Assembly (NCBI GenBank): GCA_013239625.1
Contig: MU054391.1
Span: forward strand, 7,721,095 to 7,785,094
From: Lama guanicoe
Lineage: Eukaryota
Length of the DNA: 64,000 bases
Direction: 5' to 3'
The position numbers were made by a program, and so were the translations under genes. Under the pieces are notes generated by a model, which was not told the origin of the DNA, did no database searches, and worked only from the letters and a program-made list of their open reading frames with translations. Numbering within the stretch: the stretch's first letter is position 1; each line of letters begins with the position of its first letter. This document shows positions 1 through 10,658 of the stretch, in pieces.

Positions 1-679
1 CTTTATTCCCACAAAGCTCCTCAAGGAGCTTTGACATCTTTGCAGAGTCACTCTGGCACTTTGAAATTGCCGCAGGCATGCAGAGCAAATAGGCCTTCTT
101 TAAATTTGAATGAGAAGGTTCTGGACATTTCGTATACGATTAAGATTAGATTTTCTGGAATAAAAAGGAGCGATATGTTGACAAATACGTGCTACACTGG
201 AGTGTGGTTGGGTTGGCCCCATGATCTGTTTTCCTCAAGTCCATGGTCCTCACCAGCCATCGCCCGTTCTTCCCACGCAGAAGCATGTCTGCCTCTCTGC
301 TTTCTGCAGTAGCTGGACCCACGTGAATATTCTATGGGTCTTGGGTGACCTGGAGGGTGAGGTTAGGGAACCATGCCCTTCCTCGCTGGGCTTCCATCCT
401 GATGGCTCCCGAGGTAACACCATGGAACCTTGGTCTCCAGATCACAGGCCATGGAGATGCCTCAGAGTTATTGTCTGTTTATTGTGTAAACAGAGGAATG
501 ACTGACCAGAGATCTGCTTTTAAAAACATCGTGGAAATTCTGTGCAAGATATCTTGGGATGGTCCCGAGCCACGAATAGGAAAGCTTTGCTTGAGGATTT
601 CATGATACACTGTGTTTTTCAAAAGGGAGGGGAACATTCGTTGCAATGCCAAGTGTATAGTGTGAGAGAGCTAGTGACC

Positions 680-860
680 AGACTAGGAAAGAGAGAAGGA
701 TTAGGTGACGGGAGGAACTGAGAGAATGTAAGGAATACAGTTTTACTTACATTGTATTTGAGGACCTAGGGCACATACAAATACAGATGTCTGTTAGAGA
801 GTTAAACACACGCAGGTATACAGTGCAGGGAAAACGCTGGACTGGTGATTACAACATGCG
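680..860 (-). mobile_element. L2 LINE fragment
   Basis: cagttttacttacattgtatttgaggacctagggcacatacaaatacagatgtc resembles the antisense L2 consensus (recalled). Boundaries approximate. Confidence 0.6.
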
Positions 861-1129
861 CATGTCCAAACGCATACATGCATGCGTGTGTATACATGCA
901 CACACACACAGCTGAGAGGAATCCAACACCGGGAAAGCAAGGAGAAAAGCATGAAATACAGCAAGTATCACAGACATTACAAGAGCATTGAATTGGCTCT
1001 AGGTCTTAGTCTTAAATGATTCTATATTTTGCCAACGTTAAACATGTTCACCAAACACACTAAGCTTTTCATAAACTGTGCTTATCGCACAGACATAGCC
1101 ATGTGCTCACATTTCATTTCCAGATTGGT

Positions 1130-1280
1130 AAAGGCCATAGTTCATTATTTCTTAAGCTAGGTAGGAGGTTCACGAGTGTTTATTTTATTTTTATTCTTTT
1201 ATACGAGTGTTATCCTTTAAGTCATATGTAAACATTATGTATACTCTTCTATATAAGCTACATTTCAAAATAATTTAAAA
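1130..1280 (+). mobile_element. Old L1 (L1ME-type) 3' end fragment
   Basis: ttcttaagctaggtaggaggttcacgagtgtttattttatt...catttcaaaataatttaaaa is typical of an L1M 3' UTR end. Confidence 0.55.
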
Positions 1281-1539
1281 ATCCCAGACACATAGTATCC
1301 AAGCTTGAGAAGAAATTTATTCAAATCTTAATCCTATGAGGCGGGTGAAGATGTGACAATTTGATCCACAGTTTCAAATGCAGTCCATTCTTCTGATCCT
1401 TAATTTCACGAGGATTTGGAAACCCTTAGATACTGTGATACTGAAAAATCTGAATAAGTTGGACAAAACTATTATGGATTTACACTATACACCAGAAATA
1501 TTCATGTAGGTAATAACGTTTCAGTTGTGACTATCATCC

Positions 1540-1900
1540 ACAAACTTATTCAGTTAATAATTCCAGGGTGAATACTCTTTTCCAGGTACAATGCTGGCTC
1601 CTGGGGTTTCAGAAATCACTAAGACAGTCATTGCCCCGTGGAGTTGACAGTCTAGTAGGGAAATTACAGCTCCGCCTGACAAAGGTGTGCATGAGGTGTG
1701 TGCTTAACGTGTACACAGGAGAGGGACATGCGATGTGGAATGAATGAGGTTTTCTGAGGTGACATTTGAGCTGAATATCAAGGGTGAGAAAAAATCAGCT
1801 GAACGGATACATGTGGGGACATTGTTTTAGGAAGAAGGATCTGCTCGTGCAGAGGGATACAGTTTTTTAAAGCATCTGTGTTAGGACTGGCGCAGCCTTA
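1540..1900 (-). mobile_element. L2 LINE 3' fragment
   Basis: ccaggtacaatgctggctcctgggg...gagttgacagtctagtaggg...gaggtgacatttgagctgaa are antisense L2 motifs. Confidence 0.7.
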
Positions 1901-2839
1901 AATAAACACATTGACATAAGGGAACCCTATTCTCCGGTGTGAATGTCGGCTTCCCTGGTCCAGCAGGCAGTCAGCCTTCTCAGTCTGAGTGGGGGCCACC
2001 CCCAGGACAGCCTGCCCCCACAGTTCTGACTTGCTTTCATCCTCCACCTCTTCTCAAGCTCTTCCAGCCAGAGAATTTAATGTGATTCTTACGAAGCTCA
2101 GTGTAGGAGAAACTCACCGATAACAATCGATTACCCAGGTGTCTGAAGTAAGTGTTTGGGGCGCTTACAGAGAAGGGAAGAAAGAAGAGCAGGAATGCCT
2201 CCCCTTCCCTGGGGACCTTCCCAAAGCCCTGATGAAGTGTTGCTCTTTCTGGTTTGCAGATTCAGAGCCTCTGACAACCCTTAGACCGTGATTCCATGAG
2301 AATGCCGCTGCGGATGGTTTGCTGAACCCGTATTTAGTATGTGGTAACACATGGCTCGGAATTTTAAACTATTTCCGAGCTCCAGTGATTGAGCAACCTA
2401 AAGTGGTTCCACATGGCCAGTGAACGGCTTCTCAGGCAGAGAGACTGCGACTGTTCCTCCTGCTCTAGGTGCTTGTCATCTGCAGATTGTTTTTGCTGTT
2501 ACAGAGTGTAATCAGCTTTGGGGTGTATTGTCAATCAGAGGGAGGGAACGCAGCATCCGATGTCACTCCGACCAAGTGCAGCCACTTCCCTTTTGAGCCA
2601 AGAGTGGGACAGCTACCTTGACCAAAAGATGGTCTTGCTTTGCCTGTCTCCTAAGTCTTGGTCCGCCCATTAAGTAAAAAAAAACAGAAGAAAATATTCC
2701 TATTTTAACTATTGCTCTCAAAACGTGAGGCTGTGGCAGCAAAGCAAAGAATACGAATAAGAGACAGGCTAGAGTTAAAGATACAGCCACTTTTAGCTGA
2801 GTCTGTGGACACTGAAGCCAGCACCAGGCTTACCCCTGT

Positions 2840-3050
2840 GATGTGAGACCATGACACCAACATGCCTGGGCTGGATTCCTTCTCTGACAATGACTGGTGT
2901 GACTTGGGCAGGTTACTTAACTGCTCCTCCCGTCTTCATCTGTAAAATGGGCAGAAGAAGACCTAAGGGGAAAACATCTACCCACACAGGGCTGAAACTA
3001 GGAACAGCGCCTGTCAGCAACAGGGTACTTAACAAATGTCCACCCCTCCC
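2840..3050 (+). mobile_element. MIR SINE
   Basis: MIR core gtgtgacttgggcaggttacttaac...tcatctgtaaaatggg. Confidence 0.85.
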
Positions 3051-3749
3051 CTTCCACTAATACAAGGTGGAAGGTAGATGTGAAAAAAATGCACATTAAT
3101 TTGTATGTGCATGTGTATAAATTTTTCCCAGTTAAGAATAAACTGAAACTTTTAAAATTGAAAGGCCAAATAACAGCTGAATTGTGGTGTCCAAAATCTC
3201 TGATTCATCATCTAGTTTTGAACATTCTTTTTCCTCAAGAAGCAAAGGCAAATCTGGAATATGATTAATGCTCAACAGAAAAACATCAAGAAAAGAAGAT
3301 AAGATGGAAAGGCCATGGATTTGTCTAAGACAGTAAATCTACTTCATTTTCAAAACAAGGAAGTGAATAGCCTACAAATGTATGTGGTGCGACCAACGTC
3401 TCTTGAAAGTGCATGCAATTTTGAGAAGAGATACACTTCACTCTTCAGCTTCATAGAGGTCTCTATCTAAAGCAATAAAAATCAGCACTGTTTTAGAAAA
3501 GAGAAAAGAAACACTCTGAGTATCGTAGGTGTATGTATAATTCCTTAAAACCTGCCAGTGCCTTGTCAGGGAAGAAATAGAAAAAAGCCACCTCTGGCAA
3601 TAAGTGTGCGGGCACAAAAGTGAGTTGCTTGGCAACAGATTAACTTATTTAAACTTTCACTGCTGCTTTGACAAAGAGGCTGAGAAGAGACAAGTGAAGA
3701 CAACAGTGAAATCTTCCAGATCAGAAGCTCCCAGAGACCCTCCAAAGTA

Positions 3750-4232
3750 GCAGAGACACTTGCCTGTATGCTAAAGCTCGGAGCTTGTAAACTACTTTTC
3801 CGTACTCGCTTGCTGATAGCAGGGGCTGGTTGCGGATCCCAGGACGGGGAGAGAAGCTGGAGGTCTGTGCCTCTGACAGGGTGGAAGTTGATGGACGTAG
3901 CTGGCCGTGAACGTAAGCGGACTGCAGACTCCAGGGGCCTGATCAGAAGTTACGGCTGTTTGTAGCTGCAGCCCTGGCCCAAGCCACGCCCCTTAGGCGG
4001 GGTCAGGATCGGCTGTGATCGTGTCTCCAAAAGCCCCAGGCGGGTATAGTCCTATGGACCGCTGCTCAAGGATGCCAACGTACTTTGAGCCCTGGATAAT
4101 ACCATTCACCCTTTTGCTCCTTCACCTTTTATTTTCTCTTCTGTTCTTCCCGCCCTTATAACACCTTCCCTGTATTAAATTCTCTCTGCTCGGAACACCT
4201 GAAGTGGTTTGTTACTGGGCACTGACTAGTAG
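3750..4232 (+). mobile_element. ERVL-class LTR (LTR33/LTR67-like), partial
   Basis: The 3' end attaaattctctctgctcggaacacctgaagtggtttgttactgggcactgactagtaga resembles ERVL LTR termini. The 5' boundary is uncertain. Confidence 0.5.
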
Positions 4233-4357
4233 AACCTTAAAGAAGTTTGCAGATTCCCTAATGAGGCTCAAAGCACAGAGCAATGTGATATGGGCAAAAA
4301 TAGAAACAGGTGTTATGGACCAAACTAGGAAGCGAATCGTGATGATTAATTCAAATC

Positions 4358-4447
4358 TAGATAGATGGATAGATAGATAGATACAAGATATGTGATAGAG
4401 ATGTAGACAGTCTCCTGGGTCTGTTTCCCCGGAAACCCCTGGTATAG
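4358..4447 (+). repeat. (TAGA)n tract followed by an MLT2-like LTR 3' end
   Basis: tagatagatggatagatagatagat, then ctcctgggtctgtttccccggaaacccctggtataga. Confidence 0.5.
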
Positions 4448-5176
4448 AGGCGATGGTGACTGCAATGTGAGATTATACTGTTGTCAGGCAAAGGCCAGAT
4501 AATGAAGACTCTAGATTCCAACTTTATTCTAAGATTCATTGGAACTAATGCTACTTTTAAGGGAGAGGAGTGAAATGGTCATATTTTATTTTCTTGAAAA
4601 CCACCCTGGTTGTAGGAGTGTGGAGGATGGATCTCCAAGGAAACCAGGCGAGCACCACCCTCAAGGAACAGTTCCTTGGAGCATTCGGCTGAAACTCTGC
4701 ACATCCCTCTTTCCAGCCATTCAGACCCGTGTGTAGTCAGAACCCGACTCACTCTTTCCTCCTGACATCTGATTATTTTGCAGTCAGCTTGGGACACTTC
4801 GGGGGCATGATTTCTTGAAGTCTTTGCTTTTGATTAGATTACACTATTGAGGAACTGCAGGAGAGGGTTTAGTTGCATCCTGTCAGACTGATTTAGGGTA
4901 CAAAGCTGTAATTCTTTACCCAGAACCATTTAAATGACCACAGCTATAAGTCAATAGTTTGGGTACCAAAAAGTACATGGAAAGAGAGATGACTTTTATG
5001 TCCTGGCTCTGATAAGAATCATGATCGTAAGATGTGTCTATTTTCATAAAAAGGTCTTGGTCCTGGGGCATGGTCTGGGGCCTAGCATATATTCTGGTAA
5101 TCCTATTCTTTGCTTTTCAGAATGATACAAACGTATAAATGAAATGTCGTTTACTCTGTAAAGTATCCAGACCTGG

Positions 5177-6250
5177 AGCCAGTCATGTGTTTTCCATGAA
5201 TTTAATGGAACTTAAATTTCAGCATCCTTGTGGGCATGGCCCCCCAAAGGCCCTTAGAAGGCTCTGGCAGCTTTTTGAGATAGTTATATGGTTTTATAAA
5301 ATTTGCAAAAGTTAAGATTCTTTAACCACCATCAATCAAGACTGCTGTCTCTGTCTATTTCATTTTCTCCGTCAAACTTTGGGTAATGTTACAGTGGCCG
5401 TGGGAATTTTTAGGGTCTAACTCGGAAGAACTTGAGTGGGGGTTAGTTTGGGTTTATTGAAATGAATTTATGTCTCACAGTCACCCCTAGAGCAACTGAG
5501 TTATTGCTAACCATTTCTGTGTAGGAATGGAGCCTAGAAATATTCCTGCCACCCAGTGCTGTGACCCAGAGGTGCAGGGCCAGAGGTTAACTCCCAGTGT
5601 AGACTTTCCCCACAACCCCAGAAATGTGTGGGGAGGAGTGGAGGAGAAACGGGTCTCAAAATGCATGCAGCCAGAGGCGAATCTGTGGAAAATCCTCCCA
5701 ATCATCAAATATACAAAATTATTAGCAGATAATTTGAAACAGGAGTTCAATCCTTCCAAGAATACACTTGACAATGCAGCATGTACAATTAAAATATCGC
5801 ACATTTTTAGAAGAAAATCAGAAGAAATGGAATTATTAAAATGACTCTTTAAGTTCTTGCTGATTTGACTGAAAATACTGACATTAACAAAGATAACTAG
5901 CCCATAATATGCCATTGTAACAAAGACACTGTGACAAGCTGCCTAATGAATGTTGTCTAATCAAAGTTTTTAAGAATAGTTATTGCGTAAGAAAACTTGA
6001 AATGGCCCCAAATTGTATAGCCTTTCAGTAAAAGAAATGTGATGGTGGCTTTTCCAAATTTGACAATAATATACATTTTCACAGTATGGTTGATGAAGAG
6101 TTATGCTGCTGAAAGAAGTTTTTCTGGTCTATTAATAACTAAGATAATCAATCAACTCTGTGAGAGGAAAGACTGCATTATCTTCCTCTTCTCTTTATAG
6201 AAAATATTACAAAGTCATTGTCACACGAAGAAGCTATCGAAGATCATACC
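5177..6250 (+). mobile_element. hAT-Tip100 DNA transposon (Zaphod/MER115-like) with decayed transposase C-terminus
   Basis: The 5' part matches the recalled Zaphod/MER115 consensus (taaaatttgcaaaagt, gtgcagggccagaggt, gtggaggagaaac, ctgtggaaaat). 6050-6245 is a frameshifted hAT dimerisation-domain remnant (FPNLT..AERSFS..EERL..). Confidence 0.8.
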
Positions 6251-7394
6251 ATTTGCCGTATTGTTTTGCTGACAAAGGCTAATTGAGTCACAGCTCCTTT
6301 TGGACTGCAAAGATGCAAACTCATGAAAGATGTGAACTCTGATCCAAAAGGTCTAGAGAATATTGCTGCCCAAGGAGTGTTGGCTGAATGAAGAGACGAA
6401 CAAGTGGTATCAGCGCATTAAGAACATTGCTTTGTGTTAGATTCCTATTTATCTACTATTACCCACACAATTAGGAAAATATTGTCATTTATTCCTATTC
6501 ATAATAGCCAGCATTTACTGAGTGATTACTATCTATAAGGTACTGGCCTAATCACCTTATGTGCATTGTTTTTCAAGATGTAAACATGCATTTTCCCTTT
6601 AAAGGAATTCACTTCACTTGCTCAGGAAGGACGGAGTCAAGTCCAAAGCAGAAGTGTTTACTCCATAGGTGATGTAGGCAGTTGTTATTCCAATTCCATA
6701 GGTAATTTAGGCAAACATTCTCCTAAGGTTGGAAAAATAAATCATCATAGTACACTGAATTGTTTTTATTTCTCCATAGAAATTCAACATCAAGGAAAGG
6801 AACGTGATGGCTGAGGAACACCTCTGGGACCATAAAGATCTGAGGCTAAATCCATGTTCTGTCATTTACCAGATGAGTGATCTTGAAAAGTCTTCAGTTG
6901 CTGGTGGAATTGTCAGTGAGAGTGTATCAATGGAAGGCAGAGTTTAAGTTCTTTATTTTTGGTGCCATTTCAACAAACGTACCCTTAGGAGTGGGAATGG
7001 GGAGGGACTGGGTTTTACCCAGGACTCCCTCCCTTACTCCAGGTAGGTTGCTCGTGAGAAAACATTATGCCGCTCATCTGTCACCTAGAAAGAGTATCTC
7101 AGAGGACACATGGGCTCAAAGGAGCCAGGAACTGCTCCTTACCCATCCGGAGGACAGCTTGCTAATTGTGCCAGTAAATCTGCAGTAATCACATCCTGTG
7201 TGATGCCACTGACCACAGCTCTTCCCCTCCTAAGCCAGAACCATAGGGTGTAACCACACAAGCCCACTGGCCCTTCCCCAGACACGTCGCCCTTCCCCAC
7301 ACGTCTCCCCACGGCCTCACACACCACCTCCCACTGGGACACTTTTCTCTCTCTCCTCCATCCCCGGACTCTTACTTACCCTTCCAGGTCTAGC

Positions 7395-7599
7395 TCACAT
7401 GGCCTTCCCTCAATGTGTGGATGCTCCTGGTGTCTCTTCCTCTTCTTCTGAAAACACCAGTCCAATCAGATCAGGGCCCCACTCCTGTGACCTCATTAAC
7501 CTGAATTACTTCCTTAAATGCCCTATTTCCAAATACAGTCACATTGGGGTTTAAGGCTTCAACATGAGAGTTGGGGGTGATATAATTCATTCCATAACA
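7395..7599 (-). mobile_element. MaLR LTR (MLT1A-like), partial
   Basis: caccagtccaatcagatcagggcccca...ccaaatacagtcacattgggg...aattcattccataaca. Confidence 0.85.
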
Positions 7600-9029
7600 G
7601 GAGGAGGCCACTTAAATTGAAAGAGGGACACAGGCCATCCAGCTCCTGCGTCATGCATCTGGAAGGGATGCTTGTCCTGGGACTTCCAGGAAACTCCCAG
7701 ACTGTGGCACTGATAAGACATGTCTCCTAATAAAGGCTGGTCCAATAAGCAGCCCAGGGGACAAAAGGCCATGTCTGTGGCTTCTTAGGCGCTGCCTCAG
7801 TCTCATGCTCTGGCTGCTGCAAGACTGAAGGAAGAGGCTGAGAGCAAGGCTGGGGAGCCAGGGAAACAGGTGGGGGCTGAGTATGGAGCTTGTCCCCCGA
7901 AGACTGAGGCAGCTCAGAGACACAGAGGTCACAGAGTAAGTGTCAATCAGCAGTCAGTGAATTTCAGATGGTGGTTTACCCGAGTACGTAGTGAATTTCC
8001 CATAGCAGGAGACGTTCATGCGGAGGCTGCATCTCTGTCCAAGGGGGCCGTGGGAGGTGGCTGTGTATTGGGTGAGACCTTCAAAATCCTGTTCTGACCT
8101 CCTATTCTGATTCTTTGTTTATGTAGTAAAATGGACCAGAAAAAAACTTCCCGCCTCTTTCCACACCCGAGTACATCTTGGTTTACACTCTAATCCTGTG
8201 ACCCATGCTCCTATTTTGTATCTGACTTCGCTTCCTTTTTCAGTGGCATTTGAAGAGGACGGCAGCTTACAGGTGTCCTTCATTGGAAACATTGTACATC
8301 AACATTGTCTTCATGACGCTTTGCCTTTTGGTTGCACATACATGGGAACATTAATAACATCTCATTAAAGGCTGTCTCTTCATCTTTCAACAAGGGCTGT
8401 GGGTTGAACTCATCCTCTGAATCCAGCTCCATTGCTGCTCAGAGGCTGCCCTGTCTGGCCAGGCTGCAGGGACAGTTACTGACCGCTGATTTACATAGTT
8501 CCCCAAGAGCTAAAAAAGACAAAATGGGCCCGAACATAATGAGACAACCCGTTAGAAACATTTTCTGTGCTTACATCTTACAGACTTTTATCATAAATTA
8601 GAGATTTTGAGGGGAATGAGTCATAGAGAAAGAAAAAAATGATAACCTGGTTCAGCAATCAGCATATTATATCTCCCCAGTGACTCATAATGTCAGACTC
8701 AAGTCAGGACAAACAAAGTTCCTGTCAGAAAGAAGTGCAGTTAAAAATAAAAGCAGAAATAGGAAGAAGGGAAAAGAAAAAAAGCTTTTTAACTGAACCC
8801 AGAACGCTCCCCACCCTGCATTCCCTAATGAGGGTCCTGAGGGCAAAGGATCTGAAAAAACTTGAGTCATGAGTCAGGAGGAAGCAGCTGCCAAGAAGCA
8901 AAGGCAGATGGATTTCTGAATAAGACCCTCCAGGGAAAGGACGGCAGAAGCCAGAAGTGTTATCCTCTAAATATGAAGGGTGTGCAGGAAGGACGCTTCC
9001 CAATGGAACAGTGCTAAAACAGAAGGAGC

Positions 9030-9230
9030 ACAGGTTTCAGAGTTAAACAAACTTGTGTCTTAATTCTGGCTCCCCCGGAGTGAGCTGTGCCAGCCCAGAA
9101 GGTTGGAGCTCCCTGAAGTTCTCTGGCCCTTAGTGTTCACACCTGTAGCCTGAGGACAACGAGCCACATCACAGAGCCACTGCAGGATGAACCAATACTG
9201 AGTGCGTTAAGCACTTAGCTTGATATATCA
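9030..9230 (+). mobile_element. MIR SINE
   Basis: cagagttaaacaaacttgtgtcttaattctggctc...ccttagtgttcacacctgta...gttaagcacttagc. Confidence 0.6.
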
Positions 9231-9559
9231 GTTTATAGATGTAACATTAAATAACAATTCACAATCATTCGCCTTAAAACGTTGGACGGAAACCAATCTG
9301 GACAGAGGTTTCTAAATCCCTAGTTAGCACACTCAGATGAGTGTCTGTCTGGCTTGTTGCATAACCCCAGCTTCATAAGGATGGTTGAAAGCCATGTTTA
9401 CTTTTGGCTACGATCCCCTGAAACATTTAGTGCAGCAGAAGAGTTCAAGGGGCCCGGGCCCATCCAATATTTCCCCGGATGACAAGAGATCCTTGTCTCT
9501 CCCCAGCTAGGCTGCCCAGTGTCTCAGTGCACATTCAGAGACCCCGAAAGTAAGTTTCC

Positions 9560-9740
9560 AGCTGACAACTTTGGCTGAGGTCTTGACTCTTCCACTTACT
9601 GCCAATGTGACATTGGAAAGATGATTAACCTTTCTGAGACTTAGCTTCCTCTGCTGGAAAAATGCACAGATAACCACTGCCTTAAATAGGTGCTGTGAGA
9701 TGTTCGGTAAGGAAGTTGAGGCACCTAGCATGGGTGAGGG
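9560..9740 (+). mobile_element. MIR SINE
   Basis: ccacttactgccaatgtgacattggaaagatgattaacctttctgagacttagcttcctc. Confidence 0.75.
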
Positions 9741-10049
9741 GCACGACAGCAATGGGTGGACCAGTTTCGTTCCTGTAGGGTAACTGACTTCTGTGTTTTG
9801 CTAACAGTAGAGAAACTAACCAACTGCAGAAAGTCCCCTCCCTCAGCTCACAGAATAGCTGGAAAGAAGTAATTACATGAAGGGAGGAGCCAACGCCCCT
9901 TCTCTCCGACCAGCCTCTCCGAGTCTTTGCCGGTCTCTGCTCCCTTGTGCTCAAGGAGGGAGGGAGAGCATGCCCTTGAAGAGTGGAGAGACCGTGGCCT
10001 TCTTGGTCACCCGCCCCAGGGCACTGCTATGAAAGGTTGCAGCCTTTGG

Positions 10050-10200
10050 GGACAGACTTGTGTGTTTTCGTGTCCTAGATTTCTGCTTCATAGCTGTGTG
10101 AAGGTGATCAAACGTGGGAGCCTCAGTCTTCTCGTCCATAACACAGAGGCCATCTCCCAGGGTTGCTGTGAAGATGAAACCGCGCAACGGAAGAGCGTGC
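10050..10200 (+). mobile_element. MIR SINE
   Basis: tagctgtgtgaaggtgatcaa...gagcctcagtcttctcgtccataa...cagggttgctgtgaagatgaaa. Confidence 0.65.
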
Positions 10201-10658
10201 CCCGCTAGTCGCCACTTCATAGCTGCGTCCTGCCCCAGCTGGCCGCCATCCTGCATTCCTAGTCTGTGCTGCAAGACCCAGGGTTTTGCTGTTTGCACCC
10301 CCTTGGAGAGCAGGTGCCCCTCTTGATCTCCTTTGAGGACATATGTCTATAAATAGCTGCAGGGTGGAATCTGTCTGCAGCTAACACTCTTCCTCGTTTC
10401 TCTTGAAGTCAAGTCCAAGGCCAGTCATCTGTAATGGCGACACGCAGAGGAGGTGGTAAAGTTTCAGAGGTGTTTGAGGCTTTTACAGCTGTAATCCCCG
10501 GCCTGGATCCCTGACTCCCTTCCGAGAGGGTCTCAGGGTTGTCCCTGTCTTTCACGACGGGGTGCACGCCGCCATCCCCATCTTACTTTCAGTCTGCTTG
10601 TGCCACGGTGTTTTACCTCTAGAAAAATGGAATTCCTGAAATAATGGTTAGGACTCAG

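Noticed and set aside
2259..2345. Plus-strand exon-like segment after ctctttctggtttgcag
   Set aside because: Weak donor, no partner exons and no recognisable peptide.
5487..5915. 142-aa and 105-aa ORFs
   Set aside because: They fall within the non-coding part of the Zaphod-like transposon.
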